Source of the DNA: Candidatus Peregrinibacteria bacterium
GTDB lineage: Bacteria; Patescibacteriota; Gracilibacteria; UBA1369
NCBI GenBank assembly: GCA_003153355.1
Contig: PLYH01000003.1
Coordinates: 124,635 to 188,634, forward strand
DNA: 64,000 nt
Direction of reading: 5' to 3'
Shown: positions 18,758-26,618 of the stretch, one piece after another
Numbering within the stretch: position 1 is the first letter of the stretch
How the letters are laid out: the number at the start of each line of letters is the position of its first letter
Notes under the pieces: generated by a model
The model's input: the letters and a program-made list of their open reading frames with translations, nothing else
Told to the model about the DNA's origin: nothing
Databases searched by the model: none
Program-made: the position numbers and the translations under genes

Positions 18758-19927
18758 GTGATCACACAAAAAGATATTGCAGAAGTTCTGAAGAGTTACG
18801 ATCCAAAAAATATTACCATCGGCGTTCTGGGCGGACACAGCGGCTTGGACGTTTGTCATGGCGCGAAAAAATATGGTTTTAAAACGGTCGCGGTTTGCCA
18901 GAAAGGCCGCGAAAAAACTTTTGATAAATATTATAAAACACGTTCCGGCGGCGAAGATTTGCTGAACCCAGCAGATGGCTTCCAGAAGAGCAAAGGCTGC
19001 GTCGATGAAGTTATTCTCGTGGATAAATTCGGCGACATCGTGAATCCGGAAGTTCAGGACAAATTGCGCGCCATGAACACGATTTTCATCCACAACCGTT
19101 ATTTCTGGGTGTATTGCGATTTTGATCAGATCGAAAAAGATTTCCGCGTTCCGATCTTTGGCACGCGTGAAATGCTTAAACTGGAAGAACGCGACATTGA
19201 ACAGAATCAGTATTATTTACTTCAGCAGGCAGGCATCCGCATTCCAAAAATCTACAGTTCCCCTGAAGAGATCGATCGGCTGGTTCTGGTGAAAGTGAAT
19301 GAAGAGCTCCGCGGCTATGAACGGGCTTTTTTCATGGCTTCCGACGTCAACGATTACACCAAAAAATCCAACGAACTTCTGTCTTCAAAAATTATCAGCG
19401 AAGAAAATCTGAAACGCGCGGTGATTGAAGAGTTTGTGGTTGGAGCGCCGGTGAACCTGAACTATTTTTATTCTCCGCTGACTGATGAGGTTGAACTGAT
19501 GGGAACGGACATGCGGAGACAAACGAATCTGGATGGACTGCTGCGTTTACCTGCAATCGAACAGATGGAGGTTTTGAAATATACGAAACCGCGTCTGATT
19601 GAAACCGGCCACGTTGCGGTTACGATGAAAGAGTCGCTCGTGGAAAAAGCTTTTGAGATCGGTGAGAAATTCATTGAGCTCACGAAACGGGAAGTTCCTC
19701 CGGGATTGATCGGTCCGTTTGCTTTGCAAGGAGCCGTCGCGGCCGAAGAAGGCAGAGAAGAGTTTGTGATTTTTGACGTAAGCATGCGTATTCCTGGTTC
19801 ACCCGGCACAAGATTTACGCCTTACAGCGGCTATTTGTACGGCGAAAGCCTGAGCTATGGCGAAAGGATCGCGATGGAAATCAAAGCTGCCGCGAATCAG
19901 GGGAAACTTGCGATGCTTTTGACCTAA
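18758..19927 (+). CDS. second PurP-family ATP-grasp paralogue
   Basis: Same family motifs: LGGHSGLDVCHGAKKYGF, NYFYSPLTDEVELMGTDMRRQTN, GLIGPFALQG, MRIPGSPG. Lies 16 nt downstream of purP. Confidence 0.85.
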   Translation: MITQKDIAEVLKSYDPKNITIGVLGGHSGLDVCHGAKKYGFKTVAVCQKGREKTFDKYYKTRSGGEDLLNPADGFQKSKGCVDEVILVDKFGDIVNPEVQDKLRAMNTIFIHNRYFWVYCDFDQIEKDFRVPIFGTREMLKLEERDIEQNQYYLLQQAGIRIPKIYSSPEEIDRLVLVKVNEELRGYERAFFMASDVNDYTKKSNELLSSKIISEENLKRAVIEEFVVGAPVNLNYFYSPLTDEVELMGTDMRRQTNLDGLLRLPAIEQMEVLKYTKPRLIETGHVAVTMKESLVEKAFEIGEKFIELTKREVPPGLIGPFALQGAVAAEEGREEFVIFDVSMRIPGSPGTRFTPYSGYLYGESLSYGERIAMEIKAAANQGKLAMLLT

Positions 19928-20033
19928 ATTGAGCTGAGGAACGGCTCAATTTTCAACAAACGTTCGCTGGCTTTTAGGCCTATCCTCAACTACTATATTT
20001 GCGCTACAATACTGGCGTTTTTATCGTATACAT

Positions 20034-21365
20034 ATGAAGGTTATTGTTTTAGCGGCCGGGCGGAGTAAAAGGCTCAAACCGATTGAAGATAAAAATTTTC
20101 TGGAGTTTCTGGGAAAACCGCTCATTCAATTGCAGCTGGAACAGATGGCTGCTGCCGGCCTGAAAGATTTTATCGTGGTAGGCGGAGCGCATAATCTGAA
20201 TAAGCTGAAAAAACTGGCTCGTACTATGAAGCCGGCGTTTCAAGTTGTTGAACAGAAGAATCTGGATGAAGGCATGGCGGGCGCCGTCATGAGCGTGGAG
20301 AGGCTCGTCAAAAAAGATTCGATGATGATCGTGAGCGCCAATGACGTCGTGGATGGTGAGGCTTATCAAAACGTTTTAAAAGCGAGCAAAGATAAGGGGT
20401 TCGACAGTTTTTTGATCGGGAAAAAAGTGAAAGAGTATTTCCCGGGAGGGTATTTGAAAGTGCGATCGAACGGACAAATTACGGGAATCGTTGAAAAGCC
20501 GGGCAAGGGCAATGAACCCAGCAAAATGGTGAATTTAGTTATTCATTTTCATAGGAGCAGCGAAATGCTTTTCAAAGCTTTAAAGGCCGTAAAAACGCAC
20601 AAGGACGACAAGTATGAAGTTGCGCTGGATGAACTGATGCGCGGCGGAGTAAAAATGAAAGCCATTCCTTATGAAGGGTTCTGGCAGGCGGTGAAATATC
20701 CGTGGCATGTGCTGGATTTGATGGACTATTTCCTCGCGCAGATTCCAAAAAAATTCCCGCGGGGACGTATTGGTGGGGCAAAAGCGGAAGTCGCGAAAAC
20801 CGCGACGATCCGCGGCGATGTGTACCTGGATGAAGGCGTGCGCGTTTTTGAAAACGCGGTGATCGTTGGGCCGGCATACATCGGCAAAAATACGATCGTT
20901 GCCACGAATGCTCTGGTCCGCGGTTCAAACATCGGCGCGAACTGCATTGTCGGTTTCGGCACGGAAGCGGCCCGCAGCTTTTGGGGCCACGACGTCTGGA
21001 CCCACAGCAATTACATCGGCGACAGCGTTTTGGGAAATGACGTATCTTTCGGTTCAGGAACTGTGACCGGCAATCTGCGGCTGGATGAACGGAATATTCT
21101 CGTGAACATTCAGGATGAAAAAATCGATTCCGGCAGAAATAAATTTGGCCTGCTGACCGGCGATCACGTCCGCTGCGGCATCAATACCAGCTTTATGCCG
21201 GGCATAAAAATCGGTAATAATACTTTTGTAGGCGCGGGAATTACGGTGGCGCAGGATGTTCCGGACAATATGTTTGTCTATGGAAAAACGGAACTGGTGA
21301 TGAAAGAAAACAAAGCAACGACAGACATCAAAAGCCGTGAAGCCATGAAGAAAAAGCTGAAATAA
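20034..21365 (+). CDS. sugar-1-phosphate nucleotidyltransferase fused to a left-handed beta-helix domain (GlmU-like architecture)
   Basis: N-terminus MKVIVLAAGRSKRL (NTP-transferase G-loop). C-terminal hexapeptide-like repeats (IGANCIVGFG, IGDSVLGNDVSFGSG, IGNNTFVGAG). Confidence 0.8.
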   Translation: MKVIVLAAGRSKRLKPIEDKNFLEFLGKPLIQLQLEQMAAAGLKDFIVVGGAHNLNKLKKLARTMKPAFQVVEQKNLDEGMAGAVMSVERLVKKDSMMIVSANDVVDGEAYQNVLKASKDKGFDSFLIGKKVKEYFPGGYLKVRSNGQITGIVEKPGKGNEPSKMVNLVIHFHRSSEMLFKALKAVKTHKDDKYEVALDELMRGGVKMKAIPYEGFWQAVKYPWHVLDLMDYFLAQIPKKFPRGRIGGAKAEVAKTATIRGDVYLDEGVRVFENAVIVGPAYIGKNTIVATNALVRGSNIGANCIVGFGTEAARSFWGHDVWTHSNYIGDSVLGNDVSFGSGTVTGNLRLDERNILVNIQDEKIDSGRNKFGLLTGDHVRCGINTSFMPGIKIGNNTFVGAGITVAQDVPDNMFVYGKTELVMKENKATTDIKSREAMKKKLK

Positions 21366-21382
21366 TATGTAATGAGTTTTCA

Positions 21383-22177
21383 ATGAAGCTTTCCGTCATC
21401 ATCGTCAATTATAATCATAAATATTTTCCCCGCCTGGCGGTTGAGGCTTTGGAAAAGAGCAAAACGGATTTCCCGTTTGAGATTATCGTTGTTGATAACG
21501 CCTCGCATGATGAAGAAAGCATGGGCTTTCTGGAAAAAGCCCACAATGAAAAAAGGATTCTGCTTATAAGATCCGAGCAGAACGTCGGCTTTGGCCGCGG
21601 CAATAATAAGGGTGTTCAATACGCCAAAGGAAAATATATTTTTTTCCATAATCCTGACGTGACGGTTCAGGAAGACAGCCTGCAGAAGATGGTGGATTAT
21701 TTTGACCAGCATCATGATATCGGCATTCTGGGGCCAAAATTGATGTATTCGAGCGGAAAAATCCAGGAGTCCTGCCGCCGCAACATGACCTGGGGCGACC
21801 TTGTTTTTAAGCGAACATTTTTGGGGAAAATGCCGATTTTCAAGAAGCGCGTGCAAAAATATCTGATGCAGGATTTTGATCACAACAAAATTCAGGAGGT
21901 TGATTTGATCACCGGTGCGGCCATCATGATGCCGCGGTCCGTGTACGATCAAGTGGGCGGTTTTGATCCGCGCTACTTTTTGTTCATGGAAGATTTCGAT
22001 CTTTGCCGCATGGTGAAAAAAGCCGGTTTCCGGGTTGTTTACTACCCTGATTCGACCATGATGCATTACCATAAACGCTTAAGCGGAGGGAATTTCTTTC
22101 AAATCATGATCAAAAAAGTTTTCTGGCTCCATGTGAGCAGCGCTCTGAAATATTTCTGGAAATGGAAAAGCGGATGA
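21383..22177 (+). CDS. family 2 glycosyltransferase
   Basis: LSVIIVNYN...IIVVDNASHDE...GFGRGNN...FHNPDV...FFLFMEDFDLCRM, the classic GT2 motifs. Confidence 0.85.
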   Translation: MKLSVIIVNYNHKYFPRLAVEALEKSKTDFPFEIIVVDNASHDEESMGFLEKAHNEKRILLIRSEQNVGFGRGNNKGVQYAKGKYIFFHNPDVTVQEDSLQKMVDYFDQHHDIGILGPKLMYSSGKIQESCRRNMTWGDLVFKRTFLGKMPIFKKRVQKYLMQDFDHNKIQEVDLITGAAIMMPRSVYDQVGGFDPRYFLFMEDFDLCRMVKKAGFRVVYYPDSTMMHYHKRLSGGNFFQIMIKKVFWLHVSSALKYFWKWKSG

Positions 22178-22405
22178 CCTCTCCTGGACGAGGCTTGACG
22201 GAGCGATGAATATGGTGAAAAATCCATGACCATATATGGGTGTTCTTTGACAATTAAACAGGGAGTTACTTGCTTACCGCGTAAAATGTTTTCGCTCACG
22301 AAAGGATATAAAAGCGTGAAACATTTTTCGGCAGGCGGATATACTCTCTGTTTTGCATACTCAAATGGTGGGACACCAGGGCGACGGCGAGAAAGGGCGT
22401 GACCG

Positions 22406-23095
22406 ATGACGATGACCAAAGCCGAACTGTGGGCGAAAAAGAAGGCAAATTCGGAGGAGCGAAGGAATCTTCTCACGAGGCTCATGGAGCTGGAGGAAGA
22501 GGACGCAACCCTCTTCGAGGAGCTCGACAAGGCCAATGACGGCGACAAAGAGACTGCAGGCGGAACCGCAGCGACCGGAAACGGTGGCGGAGGTGACGCA
22601 GGCGCGAATCAGGGCGGCGGTGGCGACGAAGGGAGCGGTAAACCCGCACCCGAAGGCGAGACTGCTGTTCCGGCGGGCGATGGAGACACCAAAGACAAGG
22701 CTCCCGCGGCTTCCACCGAGGAAGCCGGCTCAGGAACCCCTGCGACTGCGGTCGTGGTGGTTGAAGCGGAAACTGCTGTTCCGGCTGCAGGTAGCAGTTC
22801 CGATGAGGAAGTGACTCCTGCAGCCCCTGTCACCGACAAGGACGACAAGGGCCACGCTGAAACGGCGACCAAAGCGACGGCTGATGAAGCTGTTGCTCCG
22901 GTCGGCACAGGTCAGGAAGGTGGTTCTCCGGCTGCGGCATCTGCTGCGGAAGGTGAAGCTCCTCCTGCCAGCGACGAGGCAACCGGTGACGACAAGGAGA
23001 AGTCCAAGAAGGAAGCCGAAGGCGAGCCTGCCCAGGGTGAAGCTGCTGCAGTTGCAGCCGCATCCCCCGAGGGCGACAAGCCCAAGGCCGAGTAG
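22406..23095 (+). CDS. acidic Ala/Glu/Gly/Thr-rich, probably disordered protein with short helical N-terminus
   Basis: 229-aa ORF in a strongly G+C-rich segment, followed by a strong hairpin terminator. High GC produces several overlapping shadow ORFs, so the frame choice is tentative. Confidence 0.55.
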   Translation: MTMTKAELWAKKKANSEERRNLLTRLMELEEEDATLFEELDKANDGDKETAGGTAATGNGGGGDAGANQGGGGDEGSGKPAPEGETAVPAGDGDTKDKAPAASTEEAGSGTPATAVVVVEAETAVPAAGSSSDEEVTPAAPVTDKDDKGHAETATKATADEAVAPVGTGQEGGSPAAASAAEGEAPPASDEATGDDKEKSKKEAEGEPAQGEAAAVAAASPEGDKPKAE

Positions 23096-23110
23096 CGCAA
23101 GACAGAGGAC

Positions 23111-23138
23111 GGGTGGGCATACACATGTATGCCCACCC
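23111..23138 (+). terminator. GC-rich hairpin terminator between convergent genes
   Basis: GGGTGGGCATAC (23111-23122) pairs with GTATGCCCACCC (23127-23138), followed by CTCTCTTTT. Confidence 0.6.
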
Positions 23139-23159
23139 TCTCTTTTAATATACAAAAAA

Positions 23160-23750
23160 TTATTTTATTTTCCCTTCAGCAAACTCAAGAATCACCTGAG
23201 GATAAGCCTTTTTTTCCAATTCTTGGACCTTTGCCTTTAGAGTATCCGGCGTGTCATCCGGATCAACGGCAACTTTTTTTTGAAGAATAATTTCACCGGT
23301 ATCCACGCCTTCATCAACAAAGTGAATAGTGCAGCCGGTTTCTTTTTCTCCGGCTTTTAAGACCTCTTCATGAACGTTGGCTCCAAAAAAACCCGGACCG
23401 CTGAATTTGGGCATCAGTGCCGGGTGCACATTGATAATTTTCCGTGGAAATTCGCGGACAAATGCTGAGGTAAGAATGCGCATGTAGCCAATCAAACAGA
23501 CCAAATCCACTTTGTTTTCTTTCATGACTTTGACGAGTTCTTCATCGTACTGTTCTCGGGTTTTGTCTTTAGGATCTATAAAGACCGTCTTATAACCCTG
23601 CGATGCGGCCCGCTCCAAAGCGTACGCGTTTTTTTTATTGCTCACGACCACCGCGAGTTCAACTCCGGGCATTTTTTCCACTTTCATTTCATCAATGATG
23701 GCTTGAAGATCGGTTCCTTTGGTTGAAGCTAAAACGCCGATTCGAAACAT
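23160..23750 (-). CDS. purN: phosphoribosylglycinamide formyltransferase
   Basis: 196 aa with GVLASTKGTDLQAII, LIGYMRIL, INVHPALMPKF, GCTIHFVDEGVDTGEII. Confidence 0.9.
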   Translation of the reverse strand: MFRIGVLASTKGTDLQAIIDEMKVEKMPGVELAVVVSNKKNAYALERAASQGYKTVFIDPKDKTREQYDEELVKVMKENKVDLVCLIGYMRILTSAFVREFPRKIINVHPALMPKFSGPGFFGANVHEEVLKAGEKETGCTIHFVDEGVDTGEIILQKKVAVDPDDTPDTLKAKVQELEKKAYPQVILEFAEGKIK

Positions 23751-23777
23751 AATTTTTGAAAAAGTGCACCCAGTGTA

Positions 23778-24509
23778 TCACGAAATTTTGCCTTTGTAGA
23801 GCGGAGCATAAAGGCAATCCCTTGCATCCATCACCAAATCGCGAGGTTCTGTTTTTTTGTCGGAGAACGTAACTGGCGCACTACTGATGATGGCAAAAGG
23901 CGTTTGTTCATTTCCCTGCCCCATCACTAAATTTGCAATTGCAGCCAGATTATCCGCCACAGCTTCCTGGGTAAACTGAAGGCTGTTGTCGAATAAATCT
24001 TTGTTGCCGCGCTTGTCTTCAACGCCTAAAAAACCGCTGTAACCCAGAGTGATTCCACTTACTCCTTTGCGGAGCGGCACGCAAAATGAATCTACGATAA
24101 TAACCCCGCACTTATTGAGCCGGTAGTTTTTTTTTAGCCATATCTCGATTTGCCGGGCAACTTTATTTGACCCTTCCGGCCATAATACCGCGGTTCCCTT
24201 TTTGGTATTCGAGCGATCGATGCCGGCCCAAGGTGTAAAAATACCGTTTTTGAGCGTCAGGATGACATCTTTCCCGCCAATAACGTCGCCCGCTTCTTGT
24301 TGAACAAGGGCTTTGAACTCTTTCTCATTGGCAATTTTCATAACTCTCCCCTGAGTGACAGCAACGACTTTTGAGGTCACGGCCAAAATATCTCCATTCT
24401 TTGGCCTTGAAGTATCAAGAGCTCCTTTTATTGTTTCAAATAGATCGTCCTCCCCTGTAATGATTCTTGATTTTATGGCTCTTATACTTAGCTTTTTCAT
24501 ACTTTGCAT
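23778..24509 (-). CDS. CofE-family (F420-0:gamma-glutamyl ligase-like) protein
   Basis: GDILAVTSKVVAVTQGR, AGIDRSN, GVIIVDSFCVPLRKGVSGITLGYSG, AVADNLAAIANLVMGQGNEQTPFAII match CofE-family motifs from memory. Confidence 0.75.
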   Translation of the reverse strand: MQSMKKLSIRAIKSRIITGEDDLFETIKGALDTSRPKNGDILAVTSKVVAVTQGRVMKIANEKEFKALVQQEAGDVIGGKDVILTLKNGIFTPWAGIDRSNTKKGTAVLWPEGSNKVARQIEIWLKKNYRLNKCGVIIVDSFCVPLRKGVSGITLGYSGFLGVEDKRGNKDLFDNSLQFTQEAVADNLAAIANLVMGQGNEQTPFAIISSAPVTFSDKKTEPRDLVMDARDCLYAPLYKGKIS

Positions 24510-24563
24510 TCTATGAGTAATATTGTTTTATAACAATTCTATTCATTCGTCCATTACAGTTTG

Positions 24564-24592
24564 TTGACCCAGAACTTGGCATTTGTTATCAT
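24564..24592 (+). promoter_or_regulatory. near-consensus sigma70 promoter with extended -10
   Basis: TTGACC (24564-24569), 17-nt spacer, TGt-TATCAT (24584-24592). Confidence 0.55.
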
Positions 24593-24598
24593 GATCTG

Positions 24599-25049
24599 AA
24601 CATTGAAGATAAGGTAAGTAGTTTGAGATCATGTCATCCCCGAATCGATTTTCAGACGGGAGGTACCAAGACTCACCAAATCGCTCCTTAACAACCAGAC
24701 TATAGCAGAACCGAGAGAGTCGAGCGACTCACCACTTCCTTTTTAGGAACGAGTCCCTCCACCTTCTCTGCTCTGTGATGGCCCCCACTGACCAACCGGG
24801 CCGAACCTACCGCTGCCTGGTGACTTCTGTCAACCTTCGGGTTCTTACAGTCACACCCACAGGCGATCTTTGGCAAGATTGAAAACTTACGCCAAAGCAA
24901 AGCAGGATTAAAAGACTTTCTGGTCAACCGTCTACAAACACAAACAAATTCCACCAAAACAAATATTCTCGAGCCGTGAACTTATATACTTTATTTTACG
25001 GCCGCTAGATATAGGAATTTTCCCCCCGAACCCAGTTCGGGGTTTTTTT
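24599..25049 (+). ncRNA. orphan promoter-to-terminator unit without a long ORF; candidate ncRNA of unknown class
   Basis: Bounded by the promoter above and the terminator at 25024-25049. Hairpins: 24868-24874/24891-24897; 24820-24854 with a cUUCGg tetraloop at 24835-24840; 24726-24755. Only 24- and 34-codon ORFs. The strand is not certain because the minus strand is the G-rich one. Confidence 0.35.
25024..25049 (+). terminator. intrinsic terminator
   Basis: CCCCGAAC (25024-25031) pairs with GTTCGGGG (25035-25042) around a 3-nt loop, followed by T7. Confidence 0.7.
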
Positions 25050-25056
25050 ATTTGTA

Positions 25057-25200
25057 CGCTCCGGCGGTGGCAGAGCCACATGCCTACACCCGACCATCCT
25101 TTGGATGGTGCCCGGTAAGCGATTCCTTCGGAACCGCCCTCGCGTCTCCTCGCCATAGAATCAATGTGCCGCCTTAGCGGCAGCTGTGCGCTCGGTGTTG
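25057..25200 (+). repeat. GC-rich structured repeat, copy B (expanded, 144 nt)
   Basis: CGCTCCGGCGGTGGCAGAGCCACA ... CCGCCCTCGCG-TCTCCTCGCCATAGAATCAATG-[GCCGCcttaGCGGC]-TGTGCGCTCGGTGTTG. Shares its ends and an internal module with copy D. Confidence 0.6.
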
Positions 25201-25224
25201 AAAATTTTCCCGTGTATGGAAGTT

Positions 25225-26616
25225 TTAACTTTGCGGATTCTGCTGATTTTCTCCAATCGGCACCTGGACATCAGGCAGCGGCATGGCCACGGTTGAAGCT
25301 GCAGCTTGCGGATGTTCAACGTCCGTTGCGGCCACGATCGGCATGGCGACGGATGGAGTTGAGTCTTGTTGCGGCTGTTGATTTTGCATTGGAAAATTTT
25401 GCGCAGGCTGCTGGCTTTGGACATTTTTTACTTCCGGACCGATTTCGATATTTTGAACGTAAGCTTGAGGCATTTGATTTTGAGCCACATCAGCGGTCTG
25501 CGGTTGAAGGTTTTGATTTGCCGCTTGCTGAAGCCATACCGGGGTTTCCATCTGAGCTCCGCCCATACCGATTTGCTGGGCCTGAGGCATTGGATTCTGC
25601 ACGGGATTTTGTTCCTGCTGCGCCAGAACATTCTGCTGCTGCTGGACTATGCCGGATGCTTTTTTAAGGGCGCTCTTATGGCTTTCAATATAATTTTTGG
25701 CGCGGTCAGGAATATTCGGAGCCACATCTTTATCAAAATAAAGATGATTGACCTGATATGGGAACGCCCAGCCTTTGCGATAAAAATCTTTGTGGATCTG
25801 ACGGATCAGGGCGCTGATCGGTCTTAAAATACCTTTTTTGGAAACAACCCACGCGCGGATTCTGATGCTGTTATAGTAAGGTCCCGGTGCCTGAACGATG
25901 ATGCTCGGCTTTGGGTGCTTCAAAATTTTGTCGCATTTGTCGATTGATTCATAAAGCTGGTCAATCACCTCTTTAAGATCCATATATAAATCTACCGCAA
26001 TGTCCACGGTGAAACGGCGTTCCGGGTTAGTGGTGAGACTGTTGACCTGGTTATTAAAAAGATCGGCGTTGGGAACAACCACATTGGTTCCGTCAAATTT
26101 CTTGATGATGGTAAAGCGGGACTGGATTTCTTTGATGATGCCTTCGGTTCCGTTCACTTTGACCCAGTCGCCGATGGTGAACTGTTTTTGCAGCAAAATA
26201 ATGATTCCGGAAACGAAATTCATAATAAAGTTTTGCATCGCAAAACCTACTCCAAATGCCGCTGCAGCGATGATCGAAGTTAAATCCAGGCCCATGATTT
26301 TAAGACCCGCCGTAATACCTATAAGCAAAACCGCAACGTTGACGGTGCGGCCCACGACAAGCTGCACTTCGCGGTGCTCTTCTTCTATACCGGCTTCAGC
26401 CATCCTGTTTTCAACTGTTGCTTTCACGATTCTGGCAATAATGAACGAAAGGATGATCACGACGAATCCAGTGACCCAATAAGGGAATGACTGGATGATG
26501 GTATCGGCAAGGTTTGTGACCTGATTTCCGGTTGCCGAACCCGCACTTGAACCACTGCCGCTTGCCTGGGCAAGAGCGGTTTGGATGTTCAAAATGTAAT
26601 TAAGAATTCGGTTCAT
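25225..26616 (-). CDS. MscS-family mechanosensitive channel with ~140-aa Gln/Pro-rich C-terminal tail
   Basis: TM region plus conserved FTIGDWVKVNGTEGIIKEIQSRFTIIKKFDGTNVVVPNADL, the MscS beta-domain signature. Confidence 0.85.
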   Translation of the reverse strand: MNRILNYILNIQTALAQASGSGSSAGSATGNQVTNLADTIIQSFPYWVTGFVVIILSFIIARIVKATVENRMAEAGIEEEHREVQLVVGRTVNVAVLLIGITAGLKIMGLDLTSIIAAAAFGVGFAMQNFIMNFVSGIIILLQKQFTIGDWVKVNGTEGIIKEIQSRFTIIKKFDGTNVVVPNADLFNNQVNSLTTNPERRFTVDIAVDLYMDLKEVIDQLYESIDKCDKILKHPKPSIIVQAPGPYYNSIRIRAWVVSKKGILRPISALIRQIHKDFYRKGWAFPYQVNHLYFDKDVAPNIPDRAKNYIESHKSALKKASGIVQQQQNVLAQQEQNPVQNPMPQAQQIGMGGAQMETPVWLQQAANQNLQPQTADVAQNQMPQAYVQNIEIGPEVKNVQSQQPAQNFPMQNQQPQQDSTPSVAMPIVAATDVEHPQAAASTVAMPLPDVQVPIGENQQNPQS

Positions 26617-26618
26617 GT

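Noticed and set aside
19928-19950. Hairpin ATTGAGC/GCTCAAT after the second purP gene as a terminator
   Set aside because: It is followed by only TTTC and the stem is AT-rich. Too weak to call.
22099-23240. Six further ORFs in several frames across the GC-rich island (22099..22548, 22536..22814, 22609..22908, 22730..23155, 22830..23126, 22884..23240 and 22912..23136)
   Set aside because: High G+C suppresses stop codons in all frames. Only 22406..23095 has a plausible start and a terminator directly downstream, and even that call is tentative.
24600-25020. Possible RNase P RNA, tmRNA, SRP RNA, 5S-like or ZTP riboswitch identity
   Set aside because: Minus-strand GGTTGACCAGAAAGTC resembles the E. 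coli M1 5' end, and plus-strand GCAGAACCGAGAG resembles CR-V. They are on opposite strands and in the wrong order. There is no GAGGAAAGUCC P4 strand, no tRNA-like CCA end or tag ORF, no GGAAGCAGC SRP motif, and no downstream gene for a riboswitch.
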